Below, piece after piece: positions 55,351-63,061 of a stretch of 64,000 bases of DNA; positions within the stretch are counted from its first letter, which is position 1, and every line of letters starts with the position of its first letter. The translations under genes were made by a program, and so were the position numbers. Below the pieces are notes generated by a model, which saw nothing but the letters and a program-made list of their open reading frames with translations, ran no database searches and had not been told where the DNA came from. The DNA is taken from positions 124,948-188,947 of the forward strand of contig CAWBQV010000005.1 in the NCBI GenBank assembly GCA_963790975.1, written 5' to 3'. The stretch comes from an uncultured Alphaproteobacteria bacterium (GTDB taxonomy: Bacteria; Pseudomonadota; Alphaproteobacteria; Rhizobiales; Xanthobacteraceae).

Positions 55351-55737
55351 ATGCAGCTCGACCTGCCGGAGGTCGTCGCCGAAGTTAAAGTTGCGTTCGA
55401 GCGCTACGAAAAGGCTTTGGTATCGAACGATGTCGCGGCGCTCGACGCGCTATTTCATCACGATGCGCGCACCATTCGTTACGGCAGCGAGGAGAATCTC
55501 CATGGCATCGACGAGATCAAGGCGTTTCGCGCCGCGCGATCACCGGCCGGTCTTGCGCGCACTTTGTCCAAAACCGTCATCAGCACTTACGGCCGCGATT
55601 TCGCCGTGGCTTCGACGCTCTTCTATCGTCCTACGACACCCGGCAGAGTCGGCCGGCAGATGCAGACCTGGGTGCGTTTCCCGCAAGGCTGGCGCGTCGT
55701 CGCCGCGCATGTGAGTGTCATCGACGAATCGAAGTAG
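55351..55737 (+). CDS. AtzH-like NTF2-fold protein (DUF3225)
   Basis: GAGGAGA Shine-Dalgarno. VAFERYEKALVSNDVAALDALFHHDARTIRYGSEENLHGIDEIKAFRAAR...TWVRFPQGWRVVAAHVS matches the AtzH-like family pattern as I recall it. Confidence 0.75.
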   Translation: MQLDLPEVVAEVKVAFERYEKALVSNDVAALDALFHHDARTIRYGSEENLHGIDEIKAFRAARSPAGLARTLSKTVISTYGRDFAVASTLFYRPTTPGRVGRQMQTWVRFPQGWRVVAAHVSVIDESK

Positions 55738-55753
55738 CCGCCGGGCGGTGCGC

Positions 55754-56851
55754 ATGGGGTGGAAGTGCATTGTCGTGGTTGTCTGCTGGACGCTCGCCGC
55801 CATGAGCGTGGCGCGGGCGGACGGTCCGTTTGTCCTGCAGCCGCTGCGCGTGCCGCTGGGCGGCGATTTGGGCACGCTCGAAGCCCTGTTCGTCCGCCCG
55901 AGCGGGCCAGGCCGCTATCCGCTGGCGCTGATCGCGCATGGCTCGCCGCGGTCGCCGGCCGAGCGGCCCGGCATGACGCCGCTCGGGCTGCTGCCGCAGG
56001 CGCTGGAATTTGCCCGGCGCGGCTGGGCCGTGGTGATCGTGATGCGCCGCGGCTATGGCGGCTCCGACGGCGGCTGGGCGGAAACTTTCGGCGGCTGCGC
56101 CAATCCCGATTACACCGATGCCGGGTTCGCCGGCGCCGACGATCTCAAGACCACGCTCGAATTTGTCTCGCACCGGCCTGACGTCGACCCGGCGCGGCTG
56201 ATCGCGGTCGGCGTGTCGGCGGGCGGCTTCGCCACCGTCGCACTCACCGCCGATCCGCCGCCCGGTCTCGTCGCCGCGATCAGTTTTGCCGGCGGCCGCG
56301 GCTCGGAGGAAACCGACAAAGTGTGCCGGCCGGACCGGCTGATCGACGCCTTCCAAGCCTTCGGCAAACGCTCGCGCGTGCCGATGCTGTGGGTCTATGC
56401 TGAAAACGATCATTTCTTCGGACCGGCTTTGGCGCAGCAGCTCAAGGCGGCGTTCACCGCGGGCGGCGGCAATGTCGATTTCGTCGCCGCGCCGGCGTTC
56501 GGCAGCGACGGCCACACGCTGTTTTCGCCGGCCGGCATCGCGGCCTGGACGCCCTATGTCGAACAATTCCTGCAAGCGCAGAACCTGACAATGCGCGCGG
56601 AGCCGTTGCCGCTGCCGCCGCCCTCGATCACCGCGCCGCCGCAGCTCGGCGCCAACGGCCAGGACGCTTTTGCGACATTTCTGATCGACGCGCCACACAA
56701 GGCGTTCGCGCTGGCCCCGGACGGTCATTTCGGCTGGAAGAGCGGCATGCGGACCGTCGAAGCGGCGCGCGCGGCCGCGCTTAAATTCTGTCAGCAGAGC
56801 GCAAAGAATTGCAGCGTGATGTTTGTCGACGATGCGGCGGTGGCGCATTGA
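55754..56851 (+). CDS. secreted alpha/beta hydrolase (dienelactone-hydrolase-like) with C-terminal DUF4189-like domain
   Basis: Signal peptide MGWKCIVVVVCWTLAAMSVARA. GVSAGG nucleophile-elbow motif. C-terminal AFALAPDGHFGWKSG...AAALKFCQQSAKNCSV resembles DUF4189. Confidence 0.7.
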   Translation: MGWKCIVVVVCWTLAAMSVARADGPFVLQPLRVPLGGDLGTLEALFVRPSGPGRYPLALIAHGSPRSPAERPGMTPLGLLPQALEFARRGWAVVIVMRRGYGGSDGGWAETFGGCANPDYTDAGFAGADDLKTTLEFVSHRPDVDPARLIAVGVSAGGFATVALTADPPPGLVAAISFAGGRGSEETDKVCRPDRLIDAFQAFGKRSRVPMLWVYAENDHFFGPALAQQLKAAFTAGGGNVDFVAAPAFGSDGHTLFSPAGIAAWTPYVEQFLQAQNLTMRAEPLPLPPPSITAPPQLGANGQDAFATFLIDAPHKAFALAPDGHFGWKSGMRTVEAARAAALKFCQQSAKNCSVMFVDDAAVAH

Positions 56852-56857
56852 TCGTCA

Positions 56858-58213
56858 CTATTCCAGCACGCCGAGCGGCAGGCCGGTCGAAGCCTGGAAT
56901 TGCCGGCCGACCGACGCCAGCATCGCGTCTTGCCCGCCCGGCGCAAGCAAAGTGACGCCGAACGGCAGTCCGTCCGGGCGCATCGAGGACGGTAGCGCGA
57001 GCCCGCACAGATCGAGCAGGTTGGCGAAATTGGTGTAGGTGCCGAGCTTGCTGTTGAGCGCGATCGGATCGGCCAAAACTTGCTCGATCGTGTAGATCGT
57101 CGGCGCCGTCGGCAGTATCAGCGCGTCGATGGCGCGGAACGCGCGGTCGCGCATGCGGCGGAATCTTTCGAGCTTGTAGAACGCTGTGAACGCATCGGCG
57201 GCAGTGGCCTTGGCACCGGCGGCAATGATCTGCCGCGTCACCGGATGAATGGCGTCCGGCGAAGACGCGAGCAAGTCTTTGATGGTGAGATAACGCTCGG
57301 CCACCCAAGGCCCGTCATAAAGAAGCTTCGCCGTGGCATGGAACGGTTCCATATCCACTTCGACGATGCTCGCGCCGAGACCGGCCAAGGACTTGAGCGC
57401 CGCGTCGTAAGCGGCGGCGGCAAGCTTGTCGCCGAAGAACAGCCGCTGCGCGGCAAGCGGCACGCCGAGCTTGATGCCCCGCGGCACCGGTCCGACGGCG
57501 CCCAAGGGACGCGAACGCGAATAAGGATCGGCCTCGTCCGGACCGGCGATGACAGCAAGCGTCGCAATCGCGTCATCCACCGTGAGTGCGAAAACCGAAA
57601 CGCAATCGAGCGTGCGGCAGGCCGGCACGACGCCAGCAGTCGAGACCATGCCAAGGCTCGGCTTCAACCCGACGATATTGGCAAATGCGGCGGGCACACG
57701 GCCCGATCCCGCGGTGTCGGTGCCGAGCGCGACAGGCGCGATGCCGGCGCCGACGGCGAGCGCGGCGCCGGTGCTCGATCCGCCCGGAATGAATTTTGCG
57801 TCGAACAGGTTGCGGCCGATGCCGTAAGGCGTGCGCACGCCGACAAGGCCGGTGGCGAACTGGTCGAGATTGGTCTTGCCAAGAATGATCGCGCCGGCCG
57901 CGCGCAGCCGCGCCACGGCGATTGCGTCCTTTTTGGCGCGATAGAGAAAAGCCGGACAGGCGGCGGTGGTCGGCAGGCCTTCGACGTCGATATTGTCCTT
58001 CACCGTGACCGGGATGCCGTAGAGCGGCAGCGCCTTGTCGCCGCCGGCAAGCGCTTTGGCTTCGGCGAGAACGTCTTTCTCGTCGCGTAACGTTATAAAG
58101 ATCGCCGGATCGTCATGGGCGCGGATGCGCGCGTAGCTGCGCGCGACGACGTCCGCGGGCGTCACCGCGCCGCTCCGATAGGCGTTGAGGATTGCGGCGA
58201 CCGTCTCGGTCAC
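56858..58213 (-). CDS. amidase-signature amidohydrolase
   Basis: 451 aa. GIPVTVKDNIDVEGLPTTAACPAF, GGSSTGAALAVGAG and ALGTDTAGSGRVPAAFANIVGLKPSLG motifs. Confidence 0.9.
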   Translation of the reverse strand: MTETVAAILNAYRSGAVTPADVVARSYARIRAHDDPAIFITLRDEKDVLAEAKALAGGDKALPLYGIPVTVKDNIDVEGLPTTAACPAFLYRAKKDAIAVARLRAAGAIILGKTNLDQFATGLVGVRTPYGIGRNLFDAKFIPGGSSTGAALAVGAGIAPVALGTDTAGSGRVPAAFANIVGLKPSLGMVSTAGVVPACRTLDCVSVFALTVDDAIATLAVIAGPDEADPYSRSRPLGAVGPVPRGIKLGVPLAAQRLFFGDKLAAAAYDAALKSLAGLGASIVEVDMEPFHATAKLLYDGPWVAERYLTIKDLLASSPDAIHPVTRQIIAAGAKATAADAFTAFYKLERFRRMRDRAFRAIDALILPTAPTIYTIEQVLADPIALNSKLGTYTNFANLLDLCGLALPSSMRPDGLPFGVTLLAPGGQDAMLASVGRQFQASTGLPLGVLE

Positions 58214-58220
58214 TTCGCGC

Positions 58221-60014
58221 TCACTTCACCGGCGCGGCATCGGGAATGAAGCGCTGGCCGAACACCGGCTCCTTATACGGCGTCGGCGGCAATTCCCAGG
58301 CGCCGGTCGACGGCGGGCGCACTTCGGCGTCGACATGCACGTCGATGACGAACGGCTTGTTGGCCTTGACCGCGTGCTCGAGTGCGCCGCGGAAATCCTG
58401 CGACTTGGTCACGGTCAGCGCGTCGACGCCGGTGGCCTTGGCCCAGGCGGCAAAATCCGGATTGAACGGTTTGTTGTTGGGGCCTTCATGGAACATGGTG
58501 CCGTATTCGCGGCCGCCGAACATGCCGAGCTGAATGTCGCGGATCGAGACCCAGCCGAAATTGTTCCAGATCACCCACACCACCGGGATGTTGTATTCGA
58601 CCGCGGTGCACAGCACGTGCGGCACCATGGTGAAGCAGCCGTCGCCGGTGACCGCGACCACCGGCCGGTCCGGCGCCGCAAGTTTTGCGCCGAGCGCGCC
58701 GCAGGCGCCAAAACCCATGGCGGAAAAGCCCCAGGAGTTGAGCATGGTCTGCGGCTTCCGCGCGTTCCAGAACTGCATGTACCAGTTGTGGCTGACGCCG
58801 ACGTCGCAGCAGATGATGGCGTCCGGCGGCAGCACCGCCTGGCAATCGGCGACCACCCGCTCGGGCCGCAGCGGCGAAGTGTGCAGCTCGAAATTCGGAG
58901 CCACGAATTTTTCCCATTCGGCGCGCCATTTGGCGATGTCGGCGAGCCATTCCTTGGTGGCGCCGAGTTTTACCCGGCGGCGTTCGAGTTCGGCGAGAAG
59001 CTGGCGCAGAAACGTGCGCGCGTCGGCAAGAAGGCCGAGGTCCGGCGGATAATTGCGGCCGAGCTCGGCCGGATCGACGTCGGCATGGATGAGTTTGGTG
59101 TGCGGGAAATTCCACGAATAGCCCGGCATCCATGACGAGGCCGAGCGGTCGTCGAAGCGTGCGCCGATGGCAATGACGAGATCGGCGCGGCGGCCGGCTT
59201 CGTTGGCGGGAAACGCGCCGTTACGCCCGATGAAGCCGAGCGACAGCGCATCGGTCATGTCGAGGCAGCCCATGCCGTTGGGCGAGGAGATCACCGGGAT
59301 GCCGAGCTTTTTGGCGAACTCGGTCAGTTCGCGGCTCGCTTCCGACAGCGTCACGCCGTGGCCGATGAAGAGCACCGGCCGCTGTGCGGCAAGGATCATA
59401 TCGAGCGCGCAGGAAATCTCCTCGGGCGAGGCGCCGCTGCGTTGTGCGTTGAGCGGCGGCGCCGCCGGCGGCAGCTCGACCTCGTCCTCCTCCTGGAACA
59501 CGTTGAACGGCACGTCGATATTCACCGGTCCGGGCCGGCCCGACAGCATCGTCGTCATCGCCTGGCGCAACGCGAGCGGCAGCATGTCGACGCGGGTCGG
59601 CTGAAAGCTGCGCTTGACCACCGGACGAATGACATTGACGAAATCGGCCTGGAAATGCCGGTTGATCTCCTGGAACGGGCTGCGGTTGAACTGCGACGTC
59701 GGCACGTTGGCGGTGATGGCCAGAAGCGCCGAGGAATCCGTCAGCGCACAGGCGAGCGGCATCACGATATTGGCGGAGCCCGGCCCGCACGAGGTCAGCG
59801 TCGCCACCGGCTTGTGGCGCACGCGGAAATAGGCGTCCGCCATATGAGCCGCGACCTGCTCGTGGCGCGGCGAAACGAGCTTGATGCGGTCACGCGCCTG
59901 GTAGAGCGGATCGAGCATGCCGACATTGCCATGCCCGCAAATGCCGAAGACATAGGGAATGTCGTTCTCGATCAGATATTCGGTGATCAGTTCGGCGCCC
60001 TTCATGCGAGGCAT
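58221..60014 (-). CDS. thiamine-diphosphate-dependent enzyme (acetolactate synthase large-subunit-like)
   Basis: AGGAG Shine-Dalgarno before ATG 60014. MPRMKGAELITEYLIENDIPYVFGICGHGNVG PYR domain. GDGCFTMVPHVLCTAVEYNIPVVWVIWNN ThDP motif. The longer track ORF start (60371) is rejected. Confidence 0.85.
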   Translation of the reverse strand: MPRMKGAELITEYLIENDIPYVFGICGHGNVGMLDPLYQARDRIKLVSPRHEQVAAHMADAYFRVRHKPVATLTSCGPGSANIVMPLACALTDSSALLAITANVPTSQFNRSPFQEINRHFQADFVNVIRPVVKRSFQPTRVDMLPLALRQAMTTMLSGRPGPVNIDVPFNVFQEEDEVELPPAAPPLNAQRSGASPEEISCALDMILAAQRPVLFIGHGVTLSEASRELTEFAKKLGIPVISSPNGMGCLDMTDALSLGFIGRNGAFPANEAGRRADLVIAIGARFDDRSASSWMPGYSWNFPHTKLIHADVDPAELGRNYPPDLGLLADARTFLRQLLAELERRRVKLGATKEWLADIAKWRAEWEKFVAPNFELHTSPLRPERVVADCQAVLPPDAIICCDVGVSHNWYMQFWNARKPQTMLNSWGFSAMGFGACGALGAKLAAPDRPVVAVTGDGCFTMVPHVLCTAVEYNIPVVWVIWNNFGWVSIRDIQLGMFGGREYGTMFHEGPNNKPFNPDFAAWAKATGVDALTVTKSQDFRGALEHAVKANKPFVIDVHVDAEVRPPSTGAWELPPTPYKEPVFGQRFIPDAAPVK

Positions 60015-60100
60015 CGTCACTCCTGTCGGCTCACGGTCTTTCCCGCGGCCCGTTTCTAGCACGGTCCAAACCGTCATTGCGAGCGCGACTAATCGCACAA

Positions 60101-60454
60101 TTACGACTCGGCTTGAGTTTTGGCGCGGGTTTTCTGATTCTTCGCATCGTGCAGGCAAAGCGAATAGTGCGCATAGTGGTGGGCCATTCGGATGAAGCGG
60201 TCGGCATTTGCGGACGCCTCGGCCAGCATCCGATCGTGCGCGGCAACGCCGGCGTCGTACGGAACGCTCTGCCATCGGCTTTGCAGACAAGCGCCCTGAT
60301 CCCCCCTGCATCGCCTGGCGCTGCGGCACGGCCTGTACCGGCAGTCGCGCCAGAACGCGAACATGTCGCAATATTTCCGCGCGACGATCGCGCAGGCGGC
60401 GTCATGGCGCGCCTGCCATTCGTGCGGCGACAGCTTCTCTTCGCTTTTGCTCAT
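60101..60454 (-). CDS. Cys/Arg-rich small protein, paralog of 13143..13493
   Basis: AAGGAG Shine-Dalgarno before ATG 60454. Core RKYCDMFAFWRDCRYRPCRSARRCRGDQGACLQSRWQSVP shares the C-x8-C-x4-C-x5-C-x6-C pattern with the first copy. Confidence 0.5.
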   Translation of the reverse strand: MSKSEEKLSPHEWQARHDAACAIVARKYCDMFAFWRDCRYRPCRSARRCRGDQGACLQSRWQSVPYDAGVAAHDRMLAEASANADRFIRMAHHYAHYSLCLHDAKNQKTRAKTQAES

Positions 60455-60846
60455 GGCAATAGTTCTCCTTCTCGCGATGCATTTCTTCATCCCGCCCCGC
60501 GCTAGCGGGAAAGCCACGTCGAAAACAGCGTTTGGAGATGACGAATTTTTCAAGGTAGGGATTGGCATCGTTAGCCCGTCACAGCGAGGCATTGAAGCCG
60601 CATTTTGGCTGGCGAGGTAGAGGCGAGCCATTCGACGTAACGCATCCTGAGTACGCACTTTCGTCCGTGGTTCGGTGCGGGGGGCGGGAAGGCCACAATC
60701 CGATTCAGGCGTCGCGTCGAGTGGCCTACTTTAGCGGATATCGCTATACCCCCCCGCTATCGCGGGGGCGGATAATTCTTCACCGTTCTCGCGACGCATT
60801 CGCGCCCGAGGTTTTGCAAAAGGAAATTTCAAGAACCTCCCAAAAA

Positions 60847-61295
60847 GAAGGGAGGCGAAGCGCCGAAAGGCGCATCCAACCATTGGCCGCGTCAGGGTGA
60901 CGGGCGTTGCCGCCCATCCAACCGTCGCCGCGGCGCGCGTCCAGCGGGACGCGCTCGCCTTTCGGCGCTCCACCGCGGCTCTCGCCGGAGGCTTTTGGCC
61001 CTACTGGCTCAGCTCCAGGCCATGCTTCCTGGGACGTGGATCCAGCGGGCGTTACCCGCCATCACCTGTCCCAGTCCAGGGACAGCACCTCCCGCGCCGG
61101 CCGTAGTACCGGCGTGAATGATGCCCGGAGCCGCCCGGGCGCGGCTCGTAACGCCGCGCGCGGGGACCGCCCTCGTTCCACTTTCGAAAGTACCCTCGCG
61201 AAAGTACCCTCGCGAAAGGCCCCTCCGTGAACGAGATGGGGGATTGTATCCGATATGGTGACGGATGTCAAGAGAGTGTCACTAATAAAGTGACA
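60847..61295. other. conserved hairpin-dense noncoding module, copy 2 (candidate structured RNA; strand unknown)
   Basis: Collinear with 13707-14147. It contains the GNRA-capped stem GCGCC-GAAA-GGCGC, a GCGGG-CGTTA-CCCGC hairpin, a GCCGG-8nt-CCGGC hairpin and a 3' GTCAC/GTGAC hairpin. No credible ORF. Confidence 0.4.
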
Positions 61296-61306
61296 AGGCG
61301 CAACCC

Positions 61307-61947
61307 GTAGGATGGGTAGAGCGTAGCGAAACCCATCATCTTTCTATCGGCCCATCATCGCTCCCCGAAACCGCGCTCATTGTCCACCGCATCTCCCGCC
61401 CAGTCGAGCGGATAGACGCCAAGCCGCACCATGCGATGAAACGACGAATACGGCCAATCTCTCACTCGGCTGACATGTCCATGCTTCACCGGATTGAAAA
61501 GAATGTAATCGACGTGCCGCGCGAGATCCGCTTCGTCGCGCAACGTGTGCTCCCAATAGCGCCGCTGCCAGATGCCGCGCTCGGCTTTGCCGGCGCGGCT
61601 CTCTGAAATCCGCTCGCCTGCCGGCAGAGCGCGGGAGAATGCCGATTTGATCTGCCGCCAGCGCAGCGCAAAGTCAGCATCATCTTGCGGCAATGTCCAA
61701 ACCGCATGCAGATGATCGGGCAGGACAACGATCGCGTCGATTTCGAACGGATGGCGCCGCCGCACTTCACGGAATGCTTGGCGCAGCAAATCGATGTAAT
61801 CGGTAAGCAGACGCAGCCGCCGTTCGGCGAGATTTACCGTGAAGAAAAAGCTGCCGCCGGAAATAAAATTGCGTCGATAGTTGGTCATCGCCTCAGCATT
61901 GCAAAACCGCCGAGGCGATGGGTTTCGCTTCGCTCTACCCATCCTAC
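61307..61947 (-). mobile_element. REP-RAYT-REP unit (REPtron-like)
   Basis: GTAGGATGGGTAGAGCGTAGCGAAACCCATC (61307-61337) and its inverted copy GATGGGTTTCGCTTCGCTCTACCCATCCTAC (61917-61947) flank the transposase gene. Confidence 0.75.
61355..61888 (-). CDS. REP-associated tyrosine transposase (RAYT, IS200/IS605-like Y1 HUH enzyme)
   Basis: MTNYRRNFISGGSFFFTVNL...VVLPDHLHAVW (HUH motif)...RGIWQRRYWEH...HVDYILFNPVKHG (catalytic Tyr region). Start at the internal Met 61888; the longer track ORF runs into the REP. Confidence 0.8.
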   Translation of the reverse strand: MTNYRRNFISGGSFFFTVNLAERRLRLLTDYIDLLRQAFREVRRRHPFEIDAIVVLPDHLHAVWTLPQDDADFALRWRQIKSAFSRALPAGERISESRAGKAERGIWQRRYWEHTLRDEADLARHVDYILFNPVKHGHVSRVRDWPYSSFHRMVRLGVYPLDWAGDAVDNERGFGER

Positions 61948-61962
61948 GGGCTGCGCGCCTTT

Positions 61963-62025
61963 GCCCACCCTACAACTACTGCCGCGCATATCCGCGTGGG
62001 CTTCGCTGCGCTCAGCCCACCCTAC
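61963..62025. repeat. cluster of GTAG-type REP arms
   Basis: GCCCACCCTAC at 61963-61973 and 62015-62025, with CGCGTGGGC at 61993-62001. These are the same arm sequences as in the REPIN doublets. Confidence 0.7.
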
Positions 62026-62113
62026 GTGCTGGTGGCCAAGTCGGCTACGGCCGACTTTTTTGCCGCCCCCTTCGAGGGCCGCTGCGAGGCGACCTCAGGG
62101 TGACGGATTACAG

Positions 62114-62839
62114 TTACTTGCCGCGCCGCTTCACCCGGCGCGCGAGATAATCGAAATTGATCTGGAATTGCTCGGGCCGGGTGATGTCGTCGCGCAGTTT
62201 CTCGATGTCGGCGCGCGGAAATTCCGGCGCCACTTCGCCGGCGGTTTCCGCGATCAACTGCACCATGGCGCCGTTCTCCAGCATGATGGTGCCGATGACG
62301 GCTTCCGCAATGGTGGCGCCGGTGACCACGACGCCGTGGTTCTTCAACAATACGCCGCGGCCGAAGCCGAGTGCGCGCGCCACGCCCGCGCCCATGGCGG
62401 GACTGCGGATCAGATTGATGGTGTCGGTATAGGTGCCGAGCGCCTCGTAGAACAGCGCGCCGGGCTGGCTGTAGCATTTGAGCGTGCGGCCGGTCGACGA
62501 CAGCGCGGTCGAATAGGTCGGATGGGTGTGAATGACGCAATTGACGTCGGGCCGCGCCTTAAGAATCTCGGAATGGATAAAGACCTCGCTGTGCCGGCGC
62601 GCGGTGCCTGAGACGACATTGCCGTCGAGATCAATGGTAAGAATATTTTGCATCGTGATCTCGTCGAGACCGATGCTGTGCGCCTTCATGAAGAAGAGTT
62701 TTGGATTGTCGGGCAGGCGAAACGAAATATGGCCGCGGGTGAAATCGTCCTGGCCCTCGGCGACCAGCACTTTTCCGGCGGCTATCAGGTCTTGCTTGAT
62801 CGCCTTATGCGAGGCTTTCTCCCGGTTCGACTTGAGCAT
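62114..62839 (-). CDS. class II aldolase/adducin-family protein
   Basis: GHISFRLP...CVIHTHPTY...LKNHGVV metal-binding His pattern. Start at 62839 or 62848. Confidence 0.85.
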   Translation of the reverse strand: MLKSNREKASHKAIKQDLIAAGKVLVAEGQDDFTRGHISFRLPDNPKLFFMKAHSIGLDEITMQNILTIDLDGNVVSGTARRHSEVFIHSEILKARPDVNCVIHTHPTYSTALSSTGRTLKCYSQPGALFYEALGTYTDTINLIRSPAMGAGVARALGFGRGVLLKNHGVVVTGATIAEAVIGTIMLENGAMVQLIAETAGEVAPEFPRADIEKLRDDITRPEQFQINFDYLARRVKRRGK

Positions 62840-62868
62840 TGCCCTCACCCGTTCTGCGAATTCAGGCC

Positions 62869-62969
62869 GTAGGGTGGGTAAAATCGTTCGCTCCGGCTCA
62901 CCGCGTGGGCATTGCGCTCGACGATTTTGCCCACGCGGTTAGAGAGCGCGAGCGCAATGCCCACCCTAC
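62869..62969. repeat. REPIN-like nested palindrome doublet, twin of 5272-5370
   Basis: GTAGGGTGGGTAAAATCG...CGCGTGGGCATTGCG...CGATTTTGCCCACGCG...GCAATGCCCACCCTAC. Confidence 0.75.
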
Positions 62970-63061
62970 ACAACCGCGAATTCAACACGCAACAGAACAG
63001 GGAATTGCGGGCGCCTCAAGAGGGAATTTCGCGCGAAAAAAGCGGCGCCGCGCGGCGACGC

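Noticed and set aside
60015-60371. N-terminal extension of the 716-aa track ORF 58221..60371
   Set aside because: The ThDP-enzyme homology starts at MPRMKGAEL (ATG 60014, AGGAG Shine-Dalgarno). The extension overlaps the Cys-rich ORF region and is Arg-rich shadow.
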